A DNA stretch of 63,567 nt, the filler included, from Craspedostauros australis (lineage: Eukaryota): NCBI GenBank assembly GCA_030167865.1. It is 18 parts of 18 records of this genome, joined end to end, with 100 filler letters (N's around TTAATTAATTAA, not from the genome) between each part and the next. Parts side by side here need not be neighbours in the genome. Positions count along the whole stretch, not along the records: positions 1 to 1,871 come from JALAGF010002649.1; positions 1,972 to 3,302 come from JALAGF010002650.1; positions 3,403 to 5,814 come from JALAGF010002651.1; positions 5,915 to 7,776 come from JALAGF010002652.1; positions 7,877 to 13,797 come from JALAGF010002653.1; 13 more parts are not named here. One strand, 5' to 3'. Numbering within the stretch: the stretch's first letter is position 1; each line of letters opens with the position of its first letter. Positions 1 through 9,868 of this stretch are shown here, piece after piece. Both the position numbers and the translations under genes were made by a program. The notes under the pieces were generated by a model. The model did no database searches. It had not been told where the DNA came from and worked only from the letters and a program-made list of their open reading frames with translations.

Positions 1-910
1 CCGCTGACGATTGCTGCATCTCGAGTTGCTCCGTCCTGGCTCTTGTGAAGCAGAGGGGTCTCCCTCTTGATCAGAACACTATTGTTCACCATTCTTCGCC
101 GATGCAACGTCAAAAAGGAGTATCGGTTCCTCATGGCCTCCGATTCTGCAACAACGGGAGGAGTGGATACTGGAAACGAAATGGGTGAATTGGATCTGGC
201 CTTGCCTTGCCTTTCCAGACAAGGCTACGCCAGTGCTCTTCAGCATATAGGATGTTGCTCCTCATGAGTGAGACTGGGATCGGATCGGATCGGATCGGGT
301 GATGACCTGTTCAACCACCCCAAGCTGAGCACTGTTGGCGTTCAACTCAACAGCAGTGGAAAAGAAGACCACCGACTCAAGCACAGCCATACATGCTCTA
401 CTCAAGGAGATGCCAAACGAACGCAAGGCGCAGCCACCAAGCAGGCAGGCGGCATCGATATTCGCATCGACGATAACAAGTGTGCAGTAATTTCCACCTT
501 CCGTTCACGAGCGAGAAGCACAGTCACCTTGAGGACGAAAGTTGTTCATGGCACCGATAGCGAGAGCCAAGCCTGATTTCGCGTCCACGAATCTTCGCTT
601 GTGACATTCGCGGATGGGACAGACAAGTCGTCATGAAAAGAATTCAATTCTTCTTTATGTTAAGCTCACACAGACTCCATTCACTTTGTCTCCAAGCTCT
701 TCTTCAATCGCCACCTTGAGCTCACCGAATTGGATGAATGACGACGCTCTTTGCCTTGATCGCTTGCAGTGCGTCGCCGGATCCAAACAAGGTGACGCCA
801 GTTATGACCTCGTCGCTGGATTCTTGGGGGTTGTCCTGGTTGCTTGAGTCGAAGCTTGTAGTCGTATTCGGTTGTTTGGGAGCTTCTTCACAGGGGTATT
901 GGATCAAGGT

Positions 911-1871
911 CTATTTTTGCTGTTTCCGATCCTTCTCCCTCTGCCTGAACAATTCGTCGTAGAAGATGGTGGCAAACTCGCGCATTTCTTCGTAGTAAGA
1001 TGGCCAGTCTCTGACAGTGAGCTCATAGGTACACAAATCGTCACGAAGGCACTCAAATGCATCCTTATCATCGTTGTTCGTGATGCCGAGATCCAGATCG
1101 CATGATTCGATCAGACGCTTCACCTCCTCGGTACAGGCACCATCAGGATCCTTGAATGCCAAATGGAGTAAAGTGTCACCGTTCTTGTTTTGAACATTAA
1201 CGTCCATGCCGTGTGACTCCATGAAGTATTTCATGACATCCTCAGACTTCCACTGGTATGCAATGTGAATGGGAAGGTAACCGCGTTGATCTTCAATGCG
1301 AATGTCCGCACCATGTGACTCTACCAAGAACTTCACGATGCGTACGCTCTTCGTGCGGCATGCGATATGAAGAGCAGACTCTCCCCATTCATCTTGAGCG
1401 TTCACATCAACTCCGCGCGATTCGATCAAGTACTTCGCAATGTCGAGTTGACCTCCTTCGCAAGCATACCACAGTGCCTTGCACATCTTATTGCCATCAT
1501 CCTCCACGTTCGGTATGAAGTCATCAAGCAAGTATTTGACAAGATCCAGATGCCCATTGTTGCATGCATCGCGTAGAAGGGTCTCACCGTCCTTGTGCTC
1601 AGCCCAGGCATCATTGCGTGTTGGATTCTGCTGCTTCCATCGTTGGACAGTTCGCAGATCCCCACCTTTCGCTGCAGTCTCGAGATCTTCCAGGGTGACT
1701 TCGGGAACGGAGGTGCCGATGTCGTCAGGATTACCATCTTCGTTCTTGCTGTTCGCGTTGAAGTGGCTCGTACGAACGAGGAAATGTTGAGCGTTCGGCT
1801 GTGGCGTGACCCTGCTGATGCCTCTGGTGACGGGTATTCGATTGCGGGAAGATGCGATGAATCCAACGCGG
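911..1871 (-). CDS. Ankyrin-repeat protein (5' end lost in gap)
   Basis: The reading frame stays open upstream of the tool's 1531 start to the contig edge. It contains about 5 ankyrin motifs: DGETLLRDACNNGHLDLVKYLL, ALWYACEGGQLDIAKYLI, GESALHIACRTKSVRIVKFLV, GYLPIHIA, NGDTLLHLA. Confidence 0.85.
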
Positions 1872-1915
1872 NNNNNNNNNNNNNNNNNNNNNNNNNNNNN
1901 NNNNNNNNNNNNNNN

Positions 1916-1927
1916 TTAATTAATTAA
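1916..1927. other. Artificial contig-join spacer TTAATTAATTAA within Ns (also at about 3347, 5859, 7821, 13842, 18667, 43816, 45432, 47773, 49380, 50567, 52278, 53402, 55204, 56426, 57650, 58957)
   Basis: An identical 12-mer with stops in all six frames, always flanked by ~45 Ns on each side. Confidence 0.97.
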
Positions 1928-2329
1928 NNNNNNNNNNNNNNNNNNNNNNNNNNNNNNNNNNNNNNNNNNNNTGAACGTCCGGTTCATGCTTTCCAAGATG
2001 CGCGGAGGAGGGCACGCGCATTCCTCCAACCAGTCCATGGTACTCCCCATCGTCATTAGCAGCATCATCCGCGCGCAACACGCCAACTTATTCTCTTGAT
2101 GGCCATGGTCACGGCCACCACCATTGCCACCACTGCCATCAACATCGTCACAACATCGGCTGCTTGTGCAATCGATGGCTGGCGGAATGCAACAATTTTG
2201 TGCAGATTTGAAGCTGGAATCCTCTGTCCTTTGCTATCCATGTAATCATCCTCATCCCCGTTGCAACACAAAATGACAGCCTGCGCCGATCAAGTGCGGA
2301 TTGAAACACGCGCGCCCCTCTTCGCATAC

Positions 2330-2660
2330 CATCATCATAATTTGCAACGCCATCATTTGCAACGCCCTCATCAGCGACTCCATCATTTGAAACGCCATCA
2401 TCAGCAACGCCATCATCAGTGACACCATCATTTGCAACGCCATCATCAGCAACACCATCATCAGCGACTCCATCATTTGCAACGTTATTATCAGCGACGC
2501 CATCATCAGCAACGCCATCATCAGCGATGCCATCATCAGTGACTCCATCATCAGCAATGCCATCATCAGTGATGCCATCATTTGCGACGCTATCATTTGT
2601 GACGCTATCATTTGTGACGATATCATCAGCGACGCCATCATTTGCAACACCATCACATGC
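2330..2660. repeat. 15-bp minisatellite, unit GCCATCAT(C/T)(A/T)GC(A/G)AC, ~20 copies
   Basis: Tandem periodicity is directly visible; the spurious ORFs (ATPSS)n and (MMASL)n derive from it. Confidence 0.9.
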
Positions 2661-2755
2661 GCCACGAACGCGATGTAACTAGGACATAGTAACAGTTGAT
2701 TATGTATGGCACTATCAAAAGTGCACATTATTGAAATGAACGACAGCCAATTGGA

Positions 2756-3219
2756 TCATGGAATCAAGCTGATATACTCCTCCATGGACAGCTTTTCACA
2801 TGTGCATTGCAATGATTGCTCATTACCATAGAGTGTGCGACGAAGGTTGGTGAAAAATGCCGCAATGTACTGCATGTGGGTGAGCAGATTCCAATACATC
2901 TTGAGCTGATTCTTCACCCACAGCAATGGGAAGTTCCTGCCAATCTCCATGAACTCCCACTCAACACAGATTCATGCACTAGACATGTCCTTGTTGCACA
3001 GAGCTTCAGAAGAACCCTGAGCGGTGTTGCAAAATGCACCAAGGATGTATGCCTTCGTTTGGTACGCTGGATGGCCATACAAACGATACAGCAGATCGTG
3101 ACCAGGCAACAGCATCAATTGGTGCAAGCGATCCTCGACTTCACTCTCACGCAGCATGTGCATGTCATGGCGGGCGCCCAGGATGGGCCCATAGTAATGA
3201 AGAATCAATCCGTCTGCAC
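2756..3219 (-). pseudogene. PIF/Harbinger-type DDE transposase remnant (DDE_Tnp_4-like, C-terminal half)
   Basis: Reads DGLILHYYGPILGARHD..LYGHPAY..NKDMSSA*ICVEWEF..IAAFFTNLRRTLYG..SMEEY, matching the GP..GRRHD / YGDPAY / MSxVRxxVEW pattern. In-frame TGA at 2972-2974, and the catalytic D appears changed to H. Confidence 0.8.
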
Positions 3220-3302
3220 TGTTAGAACGAAATCAGGGATGGGATTCCGCACCGAAACGTAGAGTGATCAGATCGTTGTTGGGGTGAGGATGAGTGTTGT
3301 TA
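3220..3302 (-). mobile_element. LTR-like terminus (..TCTAACA on minus strand) abutting the Harbinger remnant
   Basis: The reverse complement is identical to 18987-19069. It begins TG exactly where transposase similarity stops. Confidence 0.65.
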
Positions 3303-3486
3303 NNNNNNNNNNNNNNNNNNNNNNNNNNNNNNNNNNNNNNNNNNNNTTAATTAATTAANNNNNNNNNNNNNNNNNNNNNNNNNNNNNNNNNNNNNNNNNN
3401 NNACTGCATCACACGGCTATCCCGAAGCTGGCAGATCCAAGAGACATCCTCCACCGATTCGCGCCAACTACGCGCGAATCCTAACT

Positions 3487-3521
3487 TGGCATGTCAAACG
3501 AAACTTTCGTTTGACATGCCA
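3487..3521. repeat. Perfect 17-bp-arm palindrome
   Basis: TGGCATGTCAAACGAAA-C-TTTCGTTTGACATGCCA. Confidence 0.9.
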
Positions 3522-4804
3522 TGTAATTTGAAGAGTCCCGCCAAATACGAACTCCACGCGGAAGTAAACTGAAGTGACAATTTTTTATCCAATCAGAAGC
3601 GTACAGTTTTTTCTGTTCGCATCTTCATTGTTCTTGAATTGCCTTGTTTCTTTCCTAGACTAACGTTGATGTGAACGGTTCGAGTCAGCCATGTTGCAGC
3701 ATGCACGAAGCTGATCCTTGCCTCTGCGCAGGCCTTGTCCTCAGGCAACCAATTCCACACATGTCGAGACATGTTTTGGAGAAGTCGTAGTTGTTGTTTA
3801 CCACATAGATTATAGTCTTTAACTATGCCCCTTAGGCGCTTTGTGTCGCCTCGTTTTTCTGCATGAGTCATCCGGCAGGAACGGATGATGTTGGGGAGGC
3901 CGCTGTCCTTGTGGTGTATTCGATTGTGTGCATTAGATAGCGTGCATTGGATAGTGTAGGTGTAGTTAGAGCATGCATGTTACGCTAAGCATCACTGGAC
4001 GTCAACGGCAGGAGACGGGGCGGCGCCCACGCAGTCAGCTTCGGGGCTCCAGCTCGCAGGCTGGGAGATGCGGCGACACATCCACGCTTTTTGCGCCGGG
4101 GGAACGGTAGCTGCGATGTGGGACATAGCATGTAGCAGAGTGAGCAGCCATTCTGCCTGTCGTGGTTCCGACGTTGGGACCTGCTGGGCGAGCTGGCAAA
4201 GGTGGGTGGGGATGGGCCATGGTGGCAGCTCTTGGAGTGTTTGGACGTAAAATCCCATGCGCTGGGACATCACATCGCGCTCTCCTTCCTCGTGAAGCGC
4301 GTGGTTCCGACTAGACCGCTGTTGCAGCATCATGTGCCATAGCTCGTGGATCACCTCTGCCTGCAAGTGGATGGGCTGGCAGCGGTCTGGGGATGGAGGA
4401 GGGTTGGGGGCTGTGCTTTGGAGAAATCTAGAGTGGGAATACATGCAAGGCAAGTGCTACATATGACCTGTATGACAGAAACACGGAAACGGACCAGTAG
4501 GCAGTGATACCAACAAGCACGAACATACATGTGAAAGCGTTGAGCATTCATTTTTGTTTGCTGTGAATGGAAACAACAAGTGGAGAGGAAGGAACTTCCT
4601 ATTGTCATAGTCTTCCACCGAGGAAGGCTACTCAACAGCATAGATAAGGCTAGACAGTCTAGATGACGTCATCGTATGATTAATTTGATTTATTTCAGTC
4701 CCTCCAAGATCCAACACGAATGCGAACATTTGGGGAGAGATCCCCACTGGTTGTCACCACGACAGGTTCCAGGGGTGGCTTCATTTTACATGCGATATCT
4801 CCCT

Positions 4805-5030
4805 ATTGGTAACCATTGGCATATCGCCGACGGCACAAGCAACCATTCGATGAGTTGATGGCCGTTGACCAACATCTTTGCATCATTAGAAAGAGGAGAG
4901 TGAGAGCTATCTGTTGATGTCTTCATTGTTGGCAAACGGTTTCCGCTTGCTGTTCATCTTGATGCCTCTTTTTACCCTTTATCGGCCTTTTTCATACGGA
5001 CGACGTACGGACGTGATTTCGGAATTTTTT
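4805..5030. repeat. Dispersed non-coding repeat, copy 1 (inverted copy at ~45982-46207)
   Basis: About 225 bp, nearly identical to the reverse complement of 45982-46207. Confidence 0.85.
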
Positions 5031-5914
5031 GAGCAAATTCACTAACCAGGTCGTTTTGGATGCCAAAGTTCACTAACCAGGTCGTTTTGGTGCCTGGCAC
5101 GATGATTGGATCAATGAAATGGCCGGCGTATCACTGCGACAGACTCGAAAATAATAATTTAGCCACAAAGTCGACACATCAACCATTTCCCTGTTGGACA
5201 GCGTAGAGTACTCTAGTTCATGATGTTGTTGATGAATCCTGTTGAGCAGAGGGTCGGACCTGCTATATTGCATACTGACATCAGCCATTGGCATGTACTT
5301 ACCTTGGAATGGTCTACATCCAACTACAGGGAGATTCAGATCACATGTAGTCAGTTCCTGTGATATCGTTCGGTCACTGTGTGCACTGTGTTGGTCATAT
5401 GTGCAAACAAAAGGTCAAGCAGAATTGATTATAGCAATCCCATCACTCCAAGCACACTCCAAAGGGTACGGCCACGAAGTTTGAGGTCTCTAATCCGTCT
5501 GGAAGGTACTCATATCTGAAAATCTGGATATGATATGGTGCTGTGTGTGACGGTAGTGTGAGCTACGCATCTGGATGTATAGTAACTCGACCATTTGTCC
5601 ATATAAAATGTCAGTCGCGATCCAATCCAACACTACCACCACTCCAAGCACACTCCAAAGAGTACGGATAAGGAGTTTGAAGTCTAGAATCAGGGTGGAA
5701 AGGATCGAAATCTACGAATGGGGATCTCGCATGGAAATGGCTGGCGTCGTTAAATGGGGCTCACCTGCACGCATGCCAATACCCCTTTCTGACGGATCTA
5801 ACACTTCAAACTCCNNNNNNNNNNNNNNNNNNNNNNNNNNNNNNNNNNNNNNNNNNNNTTAATTAATTAANNNNNNNNNNNNNNNNNNNNNNNNNNNNNN
5901 NNNNNNNNNNNNNN

Positions 5915-7776
5915 GGTAGGCTGTGCATGATGTTGGCGTCGTCGACATAGGCCGTGCCCACCACCGTGTGCTGCTCGTTCGTGATCGGGTTGTGCACTTG
6001 CAGTCCATGTCCTTGGGATCTCATACTGTCTATGATGGCGGAGCTGATAAGAAGCCATCCGGTTGGGGCAGATCCCAGTCCTTGAACTAATCCCTGCAGG
6101 TAGTTGCGGCGTTGCCTGCCGGAGTATGATGATGTCGACGTCCCTGCCGATGTGCGAATTCTGTGGGTCATCGACTGGATCGTACTGAGTGTACTCACAA
6201 TGGGCGGGGCTGGCACTCCCTGTCGTTGAAGAGCAAGACTGAAGACGGGGTGTGCGATCCTGTCGTAGCACCCTTTCGCGTCGTTCGAGCACACCGCGTA
6301 GTGATTGCCGGTGATCCTGTGGATATCGTCGATGAGCGTTGTGTTGAGCAGTACCTCTGGGGCCGTGTGCGACTTCCGGCTGCCGTACTGTTCAGATGCT
6401 ATCGTGCCGTTGGCTTCAGCATGGGCGCGTGCTTGCTTGCCCAGGAGCCGGTTGTTCATGTTGTAGTCTCCTTCCATCAGTCCGATGGTCCTCGTTTTGG
6501 TTACGGAGAGATCGCCAGGCTTTTTGCGGAGCTGTATGTCCACGCACTGCTGCCATCGCTTGTAGCTGTATCCGGTGCGGTAGGGGATCTCGCGCATGAT
6601 GGCGTCGATGGTGGCCAGCTCGTCGTCGGTTGAGTTGACCTTCCAGCAACCGAAGTGCACTCCGGATGGTCCTGAGGATGTGCTTTCCTTTATCCTTGCC
6701 CATCCCTGGGAGTGGTCGGCAGTGCTGATCTGTAGTTGTTGGGGTTTCCATGCTGTCCTGTTTGGCGGATTGCTGAGCGCCTGTAGAATGTCTCTGGTGT
6801 TGGCTTTGACTTGCGTCGGGACGATTCCGCGCAGTACAGCAGTGGCTGCCGTGCTGGTACCGTACCGTCCAAGTGTGTGTTTGAGTGGTCGTTGGCACAC
6901 CTCTGCTTGCCATGCTTGGCTGTACTTATCAACGTTGTTGTTGCAGCATGCCTTGGCAACGTCTTCTCCCGATGTGAGCAGACGGCCACTTCCACCGGGT
7001 CCATCGTCCACCACAATGGAGACTTGTGCGTCGGATCCCTCGGCCTGCAGCGACCACTTGATGCGTCGGTACGTCGCCTTTGTTTCTTCCCGTTGCAAGA
7101 TCTGCGTTCTGTACTTGGCCGTGTCTCGTCCTGACTCCTTCTCGTCCGCCTCGTCTTCCGCCAGGAACGTTCGTCGGTGGGTGTCTGCGTGTTTCTTCTC
7201 TTGTTTGTACTTCTTCCATGCTGCATTCCTGTGGTGCTGCATTTCTGTCACCGACATGTCGCGCGTGAGTCTTGTCACTCCTCCTTTCTGCTTGGCCTTG
7301 TCAATGGTTCTCCCACTGATATGATGGCCCTTCCTGCGTTTTATGCTGATGGTCCAGAACTTGTGCTCTCAGTGGAGCTTCGCCAGCATCGGGGAGAACG
7401 GGACCTTTCCTGCTCGCACTCTTCTACACTTGCTTTCTGCTTGCAGCATCGCTGTGATCCGGTCGTTGTCCAATTTCTCTAGCTGCTGCGCTTGGGATGC
7501 TGTGACTGGCCCCGCTCCTATGGCAGTGTCCAGCTCGCGCGCTCGGTGAAGCAGCTGGAGCTTCTTGGCCTGCGCCGTGTATTCCGCCTTGTACTTGCGT
7601 ACTGTGGATGGTTGGCTCATCTGGAGCCTGCGTCCTCGGAATGGTGTGGTGGGTTGTTTGGTTGGCCCAAAGAGATTGCTTTCTCCGATGTCCATCCACA
7701 CCATCCGGTGGTCCCAGCAGCCGTACGCCGTTGCTCCAAGCTGGTTGGGCTTCACGTCGCTGGTGGTCCAGATGCC
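5915..7776 (-). mobile_element. Non-LTR retrotransposon fragment (endonuclease end + reverse transcriptase), Ambal-like
   Basis: Motifs DHRMVWMDI, SSGPSGVHFGCWK, RTIGLMEGDYN, EQYGSRK, SNDAKGCYDRI, QGLVQGLGSAP, YVDD. ORFs 7369-7755 and 5863-7278 are in the same frame, separated by one TGA at 7369-7371. Confidence 0.88.
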
Positions 7777-9606
7777 NNNNNNNNNNNNNNNNNNNNNNNN
7801 NNNNNNNNNNNNNNNNNNNNTTAATTAATTAANNNNNNNNNNNNNNNNNNNNNNNNNNNNNNNNNNNNNNNNNNNNCAACCTGAATTCCGTTGTCAGCTA
7901 AACAACCTGACAACCTTGCATGACAACAGCCAAGAGATCCTCCCTGCTTCAACACACACAAGGGAATCTTACATCAATTCCTGCGGCCTGACAACCTGTG
8001 TTCTCGATCCCAAACCTCAATCAAGGTGTCAAGGCTTAGTACTCGAACGTAGAACNACTACGATGAGATACTGGAGAAAGAGAGAAAGAGAGGACCCGTC
8101 CGCCCTCAGCACTGAACCTCTGAAGGTCAGTGCAGAGCCGCACCATTCAGACCGACAATCGTTTCTTCATCCTACATCTCAAACTGATCAACTCACAATG
8201 CAGACTATTCAAATAACAAATAGCACAACTCAAGATCAGCACTATAACACTTATCTACTTCATTGTCACTAACTACTAATCTCCAGACGGTCGCCACACG
8301 TTGACTTCATCATCAGATTCCCTGAATCTGGCAGTCAACTAGGCCATCCCTTCCGGATCGTGTCACAACAGCACACGAAAATCCAACTGAGACACACAGC
8401 GATTGCGCAGAGAGTTGGTAATGATAGCTGGTCTTACTGTTCCATGGTCTCCGCCACTGGAACTGATCTTGGTTTCTTCGCTGACCCCAAGATCGATTGG
8501 TTGATCTGGCTTGGTGCTCGATGGTAATGGCACACCCAGGCCTCCGCAAAAACAAGGCGAATCAATCCATACATCATGTTCCGATTTCTTGCCAGACACG
8601 AAGGCATCAAAACACGAAGGCACGAGTCTCCCTCCGTCGTCAGAATGGTTGATCACAAGTGATCATCCTGTCCTTGTACTTCTCTTGTGTGATGGTTTCC
8701 ACCCACAAGGGGAAAGACTTTGTGCTTTTCGCACAGGCCACAACGGTACCCGAACCAAGAACGATTCCATGTCCGATTCCCCCTTGTGTGCGAAGAGTGT
8801 TTCGACGCGATGGAGAGGACTTATCGATGGGTCACGTGTGAGGGATACCTGCGCCATGGTGCGGCACGCACGCAAGGTACTATTGCTATGTTAATTCGCG
8901 ATTCGATGGTCAAATTTTAGTTTCGATATCCATACGTTTCTGGAGCGGTCGACACACCGAAAGCCTACCCTCTTACTCTCGTGGAACAGACCACGAAGCA
9001 TCCTTTCACAACGAGGGTACAATGACTGATTCCCAACGTTGACTAACACCACGACCAATCCCGCTACTCGATTGGTCTTGCCAATCACGACATGCTCCCA
9101 CACCCAAGCCCTCCGAGACTCAATCCTTCACGATCTGTGACATATATATGAGCATGCTCCAGGTACCAAGATATCGCTTGAGGCGGATGATGCGATAGAA
9201 AGCAAGATAAACAGAGCCATCCTTTCGGAGGGCAGATCGATCAGTCAAGGCAACATCATTCCACGATGACCAATACAAGCTTTTGCACGATGCCAACTCT
9301 GCTCTGATAGACGCTTCTGGTCGCATTTCTGCGATGCTCTGCTTCTGCTCTACTCGAACAAATCTCGCTGCGAAACAGCCTGCCGCGATACTGTAGACAG
9401 TTACAACTAAATGTTGCACAACGCTAGTGTGGTGCGTATCGACTTGCACGTGCAATGTACATCCCAAGCGAAAGCAGTTCATGTACTGTCACTATCAACT
9501 GCTGCCCAACAGAGAGAGGGAGGGAGGGGAAGAGTAAGCATGCGCCCATTCTCGTTATCTTCCGACATCAACAGGTGAAAAGACCTTCCTCGAGAGAGAG
9601 AGACCA

Positions 9607-9665
9607 GAGTAGAGTAGAGCAGAGCAGGGTAGAGCAGAGCAGGGTAGAGTAGAGCAGAGCAGGGC
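9607..9665. repeat. Pentamer microsatellite (GTAGA/GCAGA/GCAGG)n
   Basis: Directly visible, about 200 bp upstream of the 9869 start codon. Confidence 0.8.
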
Positions 9666-9868
9666 ACTCCATTATACTTTGCAAATACACAACTCCATCT
9701 CATAAAATTAGCTCAAGCTCAAGCTCAAGCATCAACTCGAACCAAGTACTCGACTCGTAAGGGCTATTCAACCAACTCAAAACAACCACACACAACATTA
9801 TACGTCTCACAATACCCACACGCAAACCACAAGCAGCAATCAACTCCAACATCGTCGAGACGATCAAG

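Noticed and set aside
2252..2728. Met-rich 158-aa ORF
   Set aside because: Translation of the 15-bp minisatellite.
7877..8370. Possible LTR remnant
   Set aside because: LTR-like composition, but no second copy, TSD, PBS or clear terminus is visible.
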